Shown here piece by piece: positions 9,869-18,133 of a DNA stretch of 64,000 bases. Within the stretch, counting starts at the first letter, position 1. Every line of letters begins with the position of its first letter. Both the position numbers and the translations under genes were made by a program. Source of the stretch: Chlamydiota bacterium (lineage in GTDB: Bacteria; Chlamydiota; Chlamydiia; Chlamydiales; RGXB01); assembly GCA_947494155.1 (NCBI GenBank), contig CANLTW010000001.1:128001-192000 (forward strand). The letters are read 5' to 3'. The notes under the pieces were generated by a model. That model saw only the letters and a list, made by a program, of their open reading frames with translations, was not told the origin of the DNA and did no database searches.

Positions 9869-10459
9869 TCATGAGTAGAGTGTTTCTACCGTAATATCCC
9901 CTATCTTATAAAAGTCGAGAACCTCCTCAACCTCTTGTGGAAAGGCGGCTTTTAACTCCTGCAACGATGCCAAGGTCTTTTGATGACTAGGGTTTTTAAG
10001 CGTCGATTCCAGAGCAAGAATCCTTAAAAGATTCAGACATTTCAAAGTGGGTGATTGCAGCTCTTCATGGTGTTTGAGAGATACATCCAAAGCCTCTTTA
10101 TATCTTTTTAAAGAGATCAGCCTGGTTGCCTGAGAAAATTGCGAAGAGACTTTTTTGGTTAGTTGCTCTACGATCACTGCATCATCAAGAAAAAATCTCC
10201 CCATCTCCCGCATCAAGTCCCGGTGTTTCACTAAAAAACGGCTCGCCTGCTTCTTTTCTTTAGTTGAGACAACCTCTTGTTCTTGCATATCCATCAGTGT
10301 CGAAAACACCTCCACCCCTTCTGTCCCATTTTTAGAACTTAACGCAGCAAAAACACTTAAAAAGAGTGCTATTGCAATCGCAACCGTGGCATAAACCCAG
10401 TATCGCTCAAGCCAGTTTTTTTTAACCCCGATAGCATCCGTGCGTAAAACCTCGATCAT
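9869..10459 (-). CDS. Hypothetical protein with N-terminal TM anchor and helical soluble domain
   Basis: 196 aa; single TM segment (YWVYATVAIAIALFLSVFAAL) followed by an alpha-helical-looking region. Confidence 0.7.
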   Translation of the reverse strand: MIEVLRTDAIGVKKNWLERYWVYATVAIAIALFLSVFAALSSKNGTEGVEVFSTLMDMQEQEVVSTKEKKQASRFLVKHRDLMREMGRFFLDDAVIVEQLTKKVSSQFSQATRLISLKRYKEALDVSLKHHEELQSPTLKCLNLLRILALESTLKNPSHQKTLASLQELKAAFPQEVEEVLDFYKIGDITVETLYS

Positions 10460-10621
10460 GATTGGTGATTTCCTTACTAAAACAGTCTTTGCATTCTACT
10501 GAAACAGAATCCCCCTTTTCAAGAAAAAACAACAAAGAGGAGATCACTATCCAAACATGAGGGTTGAAAAGAAATTTTTAATTTTTCAAGATGGGAAAAA
10601 ATCCCTTATTTTAGGACTTTT

Positions 10622-11128
10622 ATGAACTTTTCTTTAATAAAAGCGGCGATTGTGGCTGGCCTTGTTGTGTTTTTTGCAAACCATTTGATGTGGCAAGCCA
10701 CGCCGTTTCGAGCGTCTAGCTATTTTAAAAGCGATTGCGCCGTTAGAAAATGCCTCAATGAGAACACCAAAGAGAGCGGAATCTATTCGATTAGACCAGA
10801 CGGGAGCGAGGCTACACCAGTACGAGTGGTGGCTTTTATAGACAAATCGGTCTCTCATCATGAATGGGCTATTCGCCTAATCTCGATCTTGGAAAAAATC
10901 ATTGTGGCAGGACTCATCGGAGGAATCATGCTTGTATTAAGAGCCAATAACATCCCCGGCCGCATTGAAACCATCTTGATGATTAGCTTGATCATCACAA
11001 TTGGTGGTTTTGGATCGATGCTCTTGTGGTGCTCGGTCCCCTTTTCCATAAGTGCATTTGTTTTGGTTACGACATTTTTAAGCTGGACAATAGGCGGTCT
11101 TGTTGTAGCAAGAATGCTCAAGATCTAA
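10622..11128 (+). CDS. Hypothetical membrane protein (about 4 TM)
   Basis: 168-aa ORF with hydrophobic segments; AGGA upstream. Confidence 0.7.
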   Translation: MNFSLIKAAIVAGLVVFFANHLMWQATPFRASSYFKSDCAVRKCLNENTKESGIYSIRPDGSEATPVRVVAFIDKSVSHHEWAIRLISILEKIIVAGLIGGIMLVLRANNIPGRIETILMISLIITIGGFGSMLLWCSVPFSISAFVLVTTFLSWTIGGLVVARMLKI

Positions 11129-11171
11129 CTAGAGATAGGCTTTTTAGCTTTTGATTCAGCTTACCCGTTTT

Positions 11172-12149
11172 TCAAGTGTTTAAAAAAGAGGCCAACTGGT
11201 GTAAAATTTTTCTATGTCCAGATGAAAACGGCCTCTTTAAGCACTCTTCGAGGGTGAAAAACTCTAAATCCTCCTTAAATGCATCGAGTTTTTTTATATT
11301 TGCTATCAGATGAAATCGATAAAAAGTAGCCGTTGCGGTTACCATTTTAAAAGGCCCTTGTTTGCAGAGGGCAAGAAATTCTTTTTCACTAATCTCTTCC
11401 TCTTCAAAAAGATAAAGATCTCTAAAAAGCTCCTTTTCTCCCTTTTTGCGTATACCGAAAAGATTCTTATGCTCATAAAGGTGCACCTCTTTATACACTT
11501 TTTGAGCCTCTTTCCTTTTTTTGGTGCTTAAAAAATTATCCACAGCTCCCCCTTTATACGCCTGGCAACCTTGAGCTAACGGGCATAGGGCACAGTCGGC
11601 CTTTTTTTTACAAATGGTTGCCCCAAGTTCAATAAGCGCTTCTGCTATTTCAAACGGACGATAAGAACTTAACTCCTCTTCTCCCCTTCTTTTGCACTCC
11701 TTAAGGTCAGTTGAGGCATAATACCTGGATAAAACCCTATCCACATTCGCATCTACTGCTATCACCTTTTTTTGGAAGGCAAAACTTAATAGGGCATCCG
11801 CTGTATAGGGGCCAATCCCTTTGATAGCAGTCAACGAATGGAAGTCCTCCGGAAATGTTTCAGAGAGTATCTCTGCAGCTTTGTGGATGTTTCTAGCTCT
11901 TGAATAGTATCCCAAGCCCTCCCAAGCTTTGAGCACCGTCTCTATGGGGGCTTTTTTTAAATCCTGTATTGTAGGAAAAAGTCTCATCCATCGGTTGAAA
12001 TACTCAACGACAACATCTGCCCGGGTTTGTTGGAGCATCACCTCCGAAATCCAAACTCTGTAAGGGGTGATCTCTTTTCTCCACGGAAACTCTCTCTTTG
12101 TTTCTAGGAACCATTTTCGTAAAGATTCTTGATCGGTTTTAAAAGACAT
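11172..12149 (-). CDS. mutY: A/G-specific adenine glycosylase MutY
   Basis: PYRVWISEVMLQQT, WEGLGYYSRARN, HhH motif IKGIGPYTA, VDANVDRV and Fe-S motif CxxxxxxCxxCxxxxxC. Confidence 0.95.
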   Translation of the reverse strand: MSFKTDQESLRKWFLETKREFPWRKEITPYRVWISEVMLQQTRADVVVEYFNRWMRLFPTIQDLKKAPIETVLKAWEGLGYYSRARNIHKAAEILSETFPEDFHSLTAIKGIGPYTADALLSFAFQKKVIAVDANVDRVLSRYYASTDLKECKRRGEEELSSYRPFEIAEALIELGATICKKKADCALCPLAQGCQAYKGGAVDNFLSTKKRKEAQKVYKEVHLYEHKNLFGIRKKGEKELFRDLYLFEEEEISEKEFLALCKQGPFKMVTATATFYRFHLIANIKKLDAFKEDLEFFTLEECLKRPFSSGHRKILHQLASFLNT

Positions 12150-12165
12150 GGTAGGTAAAGGGTCT

Positions 12166-13143
12166 ATGGCATCAATAGGTTTAATCTACGGCAGCCGTTT
12201 TGAGGATATCGACCACATGGCTCCTTTAATGGAGATCTTAGGTCTCCCCTTATTTGTTACGGATGAAAAAATCTTGGAAATTATAAGGACTTTTTATCCT
12301 GCTGTCAATGTGCAAATCTACGCTCCTCCTCTCTTAGGCAAAGCCCTCCTTAAAGAGGGAAATACCCTCATCTCGTGCCTACTCACCACAAAAATTAGAC
12401 GCCTTTTTGGCCTTGAGGAGATGATGGAAAAAAGGGCTTTACATACCGTTTTTGTCCCTCACGGATATGCCCAAGAGGATCTTTCCAGGGGAATTTTGGG
12501 AGAAAAGCACATCCTTGTTCTGGGAAAAAAAATGGTGGATTTGCTCTATTCACTTACCACTATGTACAATTTTAAAACTCTTGTCAGCATCGGAAACTAT
12601 CGCTATCTGTATTTCAAAAAACACCAGACATTTATGGAAGAAAAGATCGAGCGCCCCTTTTCTTTTGCAAAAGAACACAAGGCTCTTTTTTTTCCAACAA
12701 ATCTGGAGGACCCTTCACACATCGCTTTTTTAAGGGATCATCTGAAAGAGGGTTGGAAACTGTTTGTTAAGTACCACGCAAAAACTTTCAATGATCTTTT
12801 CGATAGGGCGATCCATTCAGAGGAGAAATTAGACACCCCTTATGTCTACCCCTACTTAGAAAAAGGGTCTCTTTTTGTTGTTGAGGACTCTAATGCGGTT
12901 TACGATGCCCTATTCTTCAACACACCCACCTTTTTTTTCAAAGATCATCCAGAACTTGATACCCTGGGAATCCGATTTCAAGAGAATTTGGACAAGAGTT
13001 TGAAAAAAGTAGAAAATCTACAAATAAAGAAAAAAGAGATTCTCCCGTATGCATTTGATCAGTATAATTCTTTAGATGAGATCAAAATAAGAGTACTTGC
13101 TCTTTTAAAGGACATCAACGAAGGTGACGACACCATCTATTAG
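12166..13143 (+). CDS. CDP-glycerol glycerophosphotransferase (TagF/TagB)-like protein, divergent
   Basis: VFVPHG, IGNYRY, FVKYH and EDSNAVYDALFFNTP motifs; paralog of the next gene. Start placed at ATG 12166 because 12148 overlaps the mutY start. Confidence 0.55.
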   Translation: MASIGLIYGSRFEDIDHMAPLMEILGLPLFVTDEKILEIIRTFYPAVNVQIYAPPLLGKALLKEGNTLISCLLTTKIRRLFGLEEMMEKRALHTVFVPHGYAQEDLSRGILGEKHILVLGKKMVDLLYSLTTMYNFKTLVSIGNYRYLYFKKHQTFMEEKIERPFSFAKEHKALFFPTNLEDPSHIAFLRDHLKEGWKLFVKYHAKTFNDLFDRAIHSEEKLDTPYVYPYLEKGSLFVVEDSNAVYDALFFNTPTFFFKDHPELDTLGIRFQENLDKSLKKVENLQIKKKEILPYAFDQYNSLDEIKIRVLALLKDINEGDDTIY

Positions 13144-13972
13144 GGGTATTCTAGCCTCTTTCCCCCACCACCTGGATCATTTAGCCCCCCTCTCTTTCTA
13201 CGAAAAGATCCCCCTTTTAGTGCGTAATAACGAAACTGAGGAGGCGCTCCTCGATTTTTACCCTTGGGTCCCCTACTATCGCCTAGAAAATTTCCCAAAA
13301 ATTCACGATCTGGACGCTTATATCAGCACCTCTACAAGCGAAACACCTTTGCGGGAGTTGCATCATGCGCTGTATGGTAAAAAACCCAAAATGGTCCGTT
13401 TTCACCACGGTTTCTCCGATAAATTTCAAGATTTTTCTCTTTATGACTCGGTGTTGTCTTATAAGGACTTCCCCAACCATCGACTCCGTTTCTATCATGA
13501 GTTTAAAAAAGAAATTTTTGAAAAAGCGAAACCTTTTTTACCAGTTCCTGAAACAGCTAAACCCCTTCTCGTAGCTTTAACCTGGGATTCGCCCAACATT
13601 GAAGAAAAATTAGTACAGCTTTGCCAGCACCCTTTCAAAAAGCGGTTTGTCTTTAGACTGCACCCCATTTTAGCCGAAAGAGAGCTTTTGCATATCCGAT
13701 TAGAGGCCAAATATTCTATCCAACTCCTTTCCCATACTTGCCCCTATATTTACCCTTTTTTGGAGCTACATAGCGGAGTTCTCACCGATAGGTCAAGCAT
13801 CGGATACGATACCCTCTATTTTCACAAGCCCCTTTTCGTAATGGATGAAGTCCCTTTAAAAAAATTCTCGTTTGATTCTATGGAGAATTGGGTAAAGGCC
13901 TGTGATCAAAATAGGGAATCACCCAACTTTCAACACGAGTACACTAAAATATTCGGCGCTTATCCCCATTGA
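13124..13972 (+). CDS. CDP-glycerol glycerophosphotransferase (TagF/TagB)-like protein
   Basis: RFHHGFSDK, ALTW, FRLHP and LTDRSSIGYDTLYFHKPLF match the HG / PTW / KLHP / ITDYSSVxFD pattern of this GT-B-fold family. Confidence 0.65.
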   Translation: MTTPSIRGILASFPHHLDHLAPLSFYEKIPLLVRNNETEEALLDFYPWVPYYRLENFPKIHDLDAYISTSTSETPLRELHHALYGKKPKMVRFHHGFSDKFQDFSLYDSVLSYKDFPNHRLRFYHEFKKEIFEKAKPFLPVPETAKPLLVALTWDSPNIEEKLVQLCQHPFKKRFVFRLHPILAERELLHIRLEAKYSIQLLSHTCPYIYPFLELHSGVLTDRSSIGYDTLYFHKPLFVMDEVPLKKFSFDSMENWVKACDQNRESPNFQHEYTKIFGAYPH

Positions 13973-14907
13973 GGGGGTAAAATCTGGACGTTATCCAGAT
14001 ATTGCAATTCATGGACCGAAGGGGTTGCCGAGAGCCCGTACGCGTATCCACCCTCTTTGAGAGGATCGATTTTTGTGACCACTCCCACATGTAGTCCTCT
14101 TGGAAAAATCCCATCTAAGCCCGTAGTGACCAGAAGGTCTCCCACCCGGATCAGGTGCTCTGTTCTTAAATCAAAGGGGCCACCCTCGCTATCTGCAAAA
14201 TCATAATTGAACCCGTAGCCACTTAAGGTGTCGTAAGCTACCCTCCAACCCGGATTTGCTACCCCTTGAATCACCCCTTTTGCTAAAAGCGCCCCCCTTA
14301 ATGGTCTCACCTTCTCCAATAAAACCTGAATCCAATCATTGGTGAGCTCTTTATGCTCCTGGTTTTTAAAGATCTCCTCCTCTTTTTCTAAAAGATTCTT
14401 AAGCTCATAAAGCCTCTCTTCAAGATAGATCCCTTTTTTCCCCCGGTCCACGCGCACAGCTATTTGTAATTTCGGGTCTGTAATTAGACGCACAAGGCTC
14501 TTTTTTTCTAGCACCTCCTCGATCACCCCCACTACCCCTTTACCTAAAACAACGGGGCTTTTTTTTGCGATGACTGTGGCCCCCAATCGTTTGTTATCCG
14601 CCTCTCCCCTGTCTACCCAAAGAAAGGAGCCGAAAGAGATATTTTCCCTAAAGATCACTTTAGCCTGTATCGCATCCCAGTCTTTTAGGTCGTAGTTAAG
14701 CTGGTTGCGTATTGCATCCAACTCATCCTTCAAAAGAAGATTTTCCAAACTTAGTAGCTCAAGTGTACTATCTCCCCCCGCTTGTGCCGAGCTAAAAAAC
14801 TTTTGCACGCTCGATCTTAGGCGGATCTCTTTCACAAAAGGGATTTGAAAAATCAAAAATAGGATCAGAGACAAAAATAAGAGTGTAGAACCTAGTTTTT
14901 TATCCAT
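13960..14907 (-). CDS. mreC: Rod shape-determining protein MreC
   Basis: N-terminal TM, ENxxLK coiled coil, GVVGVI, SLVRLITDP and VGDLLVTTGLDGIFPRGLHVG. Confidence 0.9.
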   Translation of the reverse strand: MDKKLGSTLLFLSLILFLIFQIPFVKEIRLRSSVQKFFSSAQAGGDSTLELLSLENLLLKDELDAIRNQLNYDLKDWDAIQAKVIFRENISFGSFLWVDRGEADNKRLGATVIAKKSPVVLGKGVVGVIEEVLEKKSLVRLITDPKLQIAVRVDRGKKGIYLEERLYELKNLLEKEEEIFKNQEHKELTNDWIQVLLEKVRPLRGALLAKGVIQGVANPGWRVAYDTLSGYGFNYDFADSEGGPFDLRTEHLIRVGDLLVTTGLDGIFPRGLHVGVVTKIDPLKEGGYAYGLSATPSVHELQYLDNVQILPPQWG

Positions 14908-16078
14908 GACGCAACCTTGAAAAAACCTGTTTAAGCCGCCCGATGTTTGCCGAGTTTACCCCTAAAACATTTAATCTCGAGTCATCGAGCAAATATATGC
15001 TCTCTTTTCTCAACTCCAGAACCGCATCTTTAGATATTCCCAGATAGGAAAAAAACCCTTTCGCCTCTTGGAACTCTTTTTTATGCTGAATCCAGCCCCC
15101 AAATTCTTTCAGTATTAGCTCTCTCATGGCACAGCTTCTCAGCCGGTGCTCCTCGAGCTCATCAAGCCAAAGTTTTTTTCTTTTTAAATCTGTTAATACT
15201 GTTTTGACAACCAGTGCACCATGCGCCGGTGGACTAGAATAATTGCGACGTATGATCTGTTTTATAGTGCTTTGCATCCCCTCATGAGTATGACTCCGAT
15301 TGACAATCATCAGCGCCCCAACCCTTTCCCTATAGAGATCCATAGTTTTTGAATAGGAGAAGGCAACGCACATCTCGATCCCGCTTTTAAAAAAGGTGTT
15401 GACTGCATACCGGTCTTCATCGATTCCATCTCCAAGCCCTAGATAAGCGATATCAAAGAGAGGTAAAAGCCCCTTTTTGAGACAACAATCTAAAATTAAA
15501 TCCCATTCACTGTGGGTAAAATCGATCCCGGTGGGGTTATGGCAACAGCCATGAAGCAAAAGAATGGATCCTTTCTCCAAACGGTGTAAAAAATCAAAAA
15601 ACTCGCCCTTTTTGGCCGTGTGTGTTGTCCGATCATAGTAGGGATAGGTTCTCACCTCAAGACCTGCAGCTTTGAACACACCGTGGTGGTTAGCCCATGT
15701 GGGGTCCGAGACATAGATGGGATGATTCCACTCCAATCTAAGATAATCGGCAAGCACCCTTAGAGCACCAGTCCCCCCTAAAGTCTGTGCTGCTGTAACC
15801 AGAGGAGCATTTTCTAAGAAAAGGAGTTTTTTCGTCTCCTCAAGAAAGTCATGATCCCCCTCGATAGGAAGGTAAGTTTTGGAGACCTCATTCTCGATTA
15901 AAAATTCTTCAGCCTCCTTTACCGCTTTTAAAACGGGGCACTTCCCCTTTTCATCAAGATAGATACCCATTCCCAAATTTATTTTTTCAGAGTTAGGATC
16001 TTTGGCCCACATTCTGCCTATCTCAAGCACCGGATCGACAGGTTGTGATCCCACATGTTCAAAAAAAAGATGCGTCAT
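14900..16078 (-). CDS. aspC: Aspartate/aromatic amino-acid aminotransferase (class I)
   Basis: KINLGMGIY, QTLGGTGAL, LHGCCHNPTG, DIAYLG and PLP-lysine motif SYSKTMDLYRERVG. Confidence 0.92.
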   Translation of the reverse strand: MTHLFFEHVGSQPVDPVLEIGRMWAKDPNSEKINLGMGIYLDEKGKCPVLKAVKEAEEFLIENEVSKTYLPIEGDHDFLEETKKLLFLENAPLVTAAQTLGGTGALRVLADYLRLEWNHPIYVSDPTWANHHGVFKAAGLEVRTYPYYDRTTHTAKKGEFFDFLHRLEKGSILLLHGCCHNPTGIDFTHSEWDLILDCCLKKGLLPLFDIAYLGLGDGIDEDRYAVNTFFKSGIEMCVAFSYSKTMDLYRERVGALMIVNRSHTHEGMQSTIKQIIRRNYSSPPAHGALVVKTVLTDLKRKKLWLDELEEHRLRSCAMRELILKEFGGWIQHKKEFQEAKGFFSYLGISKDAVLELRKESIYLLDDSRLNVLGVNSANIGRLKQVFSRLRHG

Positions 16079-16192
16079 AGAGCCCCTGAATCAAAAAAAG
16101 TTTTTTAAACTATTATCTAAAAGTTCACGAATAGAGACAACTAGAAAAGTTGTTTATTGGCATGTATTCTTGGAAGTAAAGAAGGGATGAAA

Positions 16193-16265
16193 TGGAGTAT
16201 AGCGGACTCGAACCGCTGACCCCAACGCTGCCAGCGTTGGGGTCTACCAACTGAGCTAATACCCC
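16193..16265 (-). tRNA. tRNA-Ala(GGC), aberrant copy with disrupted D-stem (possible pseudo-tRNA)
   Basis: GGGGTATTAGCTCAGTTGGTAGACCCCAACGCTGGCAGCGTTGGGGTCAGCGGTTCGAGTCCGCTATACTCCA. It differs from the second copy at two positions (GACCCC vs GAGCAC), which breaks the D-stem. Confidence 0.75.
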
Positions 16266-16272
16266 GTCAGAC

Positions 16273-17940
16273 TTATTCCTTACCCTCAACAGCCTCAAGG
16301 AAAGCTTGTAGCTGCTTGGATCGGGTGGGATGACGCATTTTTCTCAAAGCTTTGGCCTCAATTTGGCGCACCCTTTCACGAGTTACCTTAAATTGCACAC
16401 CTACCTCTTCAAGAGTTTTCGGTTTTCCGTCAAGTAAACCGAAACGTTCGATTAATACTGTACGCTCTCTGTCAGTTAATGTAGAGAGAACTTCGTTTAT
16501 TTTGTCTTTTAAAATTGAATAGCCGGTGGCATCCGCTGGCGATTCTGTAGCGGTATCCTCAAGAAAATCACCAAATTGGCTCTCTCCGCTGTCTCCCACT
16601 TCTGCTTGTAAAGAGATGGGGTGTTGAGCGATACGATAAATCTCACGCACGCGATCAGGTGTCAACCCAAGCTCTTTTGCCAGCTCTTCTGGAGTAGGCT
16701 CTTTACCTGTCTCCATCATGAGCTTTTTGGCCCCCCTTAATACACGATTGATTGTTTCAATCATGTGCACAGGGATACGGATCGTGCGGGCCTGATCGGC
16801 AATAGCTCGTGTTACTGCTTGTCGAATCCACCAGGTGGCATAAGTAGAAAATTTATAACCTCGGCGGTATTCAAACTTTTCCACAGCCTTCATTAGCCCC
16901 ATGTTCCCCTCTTCAATCAAATCCAAGAAAGAAAGGCCACGGTTAGTGTATTTTTTTGCAATCGAGATCACAAGGCGCAGGTTGGACTCTACCATTTCTC
17001 TTTTAGCTTCCTGGCTCTTGTCCATCCAGCGCTGCAACATGCGGACATCTTTTTTATATTCGTCCAATGTCCTTCCGGCAGCAAGCTCTCTTAAAAAAAG
17101 TCGGCGTCTGGCAGAAAAAAGTTTTTGCGCTGCAAAGCGATTTTTTTCAGCTCTAGGGGTAAGATCTTTGATCTCTTTTTCCAAATGCAAAAGTCTGTCG
17201 TAGCTTGAGAGGATTACTTCGCCGAAATCTTCGATCACCGAATATTTCAGGTGCATGCGTCGCAAGTAGGCTTGAGTTCTTATACGACTTTTTTCTATCG
17301 CCTCGAGAACTTTGATCCTTTCTGCCTTGTTGTTATCCACCTTTTTCATTTTCAAAAGCTGCGGCTCTAAAAAAGCATCCTCTTTAGAAAGGAGCTCCTC
17401 TAGCTTAGGCAACAATTGCATGAACTTAGCGCGGTCTTCCACCTCTTTTTCAGCAGCAATTTTATCAAAACGTTCTTTACCAGCGATAAGGTAACGGATT
17501 ATGGAGCAAGTCTCCCTTTCGGAATAGCGAAAGCGCATAATGATTCTTTCGATCTGCATTTGCGCTTTTTCAATCCTTTTGGAAATTTCGACCTCTTCCT
17601 CGCGAGTAAGAAGGGGAAAAGAACCCATCTCTTTGAGATACATCCTAACGGGATCATCTGCAGCTGCATCGGAGCGTTTTGGTAAGAGTTCTAATTCTTT
17701 AGCCTCTTTTTTACGCTCTTTTTGCTTCTCAATCTCTGCTTGATTGTAGATCTGGATATCCATCCCACTCAAGAAAATCAATACTTGATCGATCTCTTCC
17801 GCCGTGTCAAATGTCATCGGAAGGATATCATTGATCTCTTCGTAGGTGATGAATCCCTGTTCCTTAGCAACAGCGACCAGCTCCTCGATTTTTTGCTGAT
17901 ATTGAGGATCCGTGTGTTGGTTGTCGGATGGCTTGCTCAT
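16273..17940 (-). CDS. rpoD: RNA polymerase primary sigma factor (sigma66/RpoD), derived copy
   Basis: Regions 1.1, 1.2 ([11 protein letters not shown]), 2 ([12 protein letters not shown]...[11 protein letters not shown]), 3 and 4 (TLEEVG...[15 protein letters not shown]) are all present. The SD AAAGGAG before ATG 17940 favours this start over 17973. Confidence 0.95.
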   Translation of the reverse strand: MSKPSDNQHTDPQYQQKIEELVAVAKEQGFITYEEINDILPMTFDTAEEIDQVLIFLSGMDIQIYNQAEIEKQKERKKEAKELELLPKRSDAAADDPVRMYLKEMGSFPLLTREEEVEISKRIEKAQMQIERIIMRFRYSERETCSIIRYLIAGKERFDKIAAEKEVEDRAKFMQLLPKLEELLSKEDAFLEPQLLKMKKVDNNKAERIKVLEAIEKSRIRTQAYLRRMHLKYSVIEDFGEVILSSYDRLLHLEKEIKDLTPRAEKNRFAAQKLFSARRRLFLRELAAGRTLDEYKKDVRMLQRWMDKSQEAKREMVESNLRLVISIAKKYTNRGLSFLDLIEEGNMGLMKAVEKFEYRRGYKFSTYATWWIRQAVTRAIADQARTIRIPVHMIETINRVLRGAKKLMMETGKEPTPEELAKELGLTPDRVREIYRIAQHPISLQAEVGDSGESQFGDFLEDTATESPADATGYSILKDKINEVLSTLTDRERTVLIERFGLLDGKPKTLEEVGVQFKVTRERVRQIEAKALRKMRHPTRSKQLQAFLEAVEGKE

Positions 17941-18053
17941 AGTCTCCTTTAGTGAAAAAAGGTTTTTTATCAACTACCTAGTCCAGTGACAATAGAGACA
18001 ACTAGAAAAGTTGTTTCTTTACGTGTGTTTTTAGAATTAAAGAAAGGATTAAA

Positions 18054-18126
18054 TGGAGTATAGCGGACTCGAACCGCTGACCCCAACGCTGCCAGCGTTG
18101 TGCTCTACCAACTGAGCTAATACCCC
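18054..18126 (-). tRNA. tRNA-Ala(GGC)
   Basis: Canonical cloverleaf: acceptor stem GGGGTAT/ATACTCC with G3:U70, D-stem GCTC/GAGC, anticodon arm CAACG-CTGGCAG-CGTTG, T-loop GTTCGA; CCA not encoded. Confidence 0.96.
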
Positions 18127-18133
18127 GTCAGAC

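Noticed and set aside
16193..18126. Repeated tRNA-Ala as attL/attR of an integrated element
   Set aside because: There is no integrase or foreign cargo; the repeat extends through the whole rpoD ORF and leader, so it is a simple tandem duplication.
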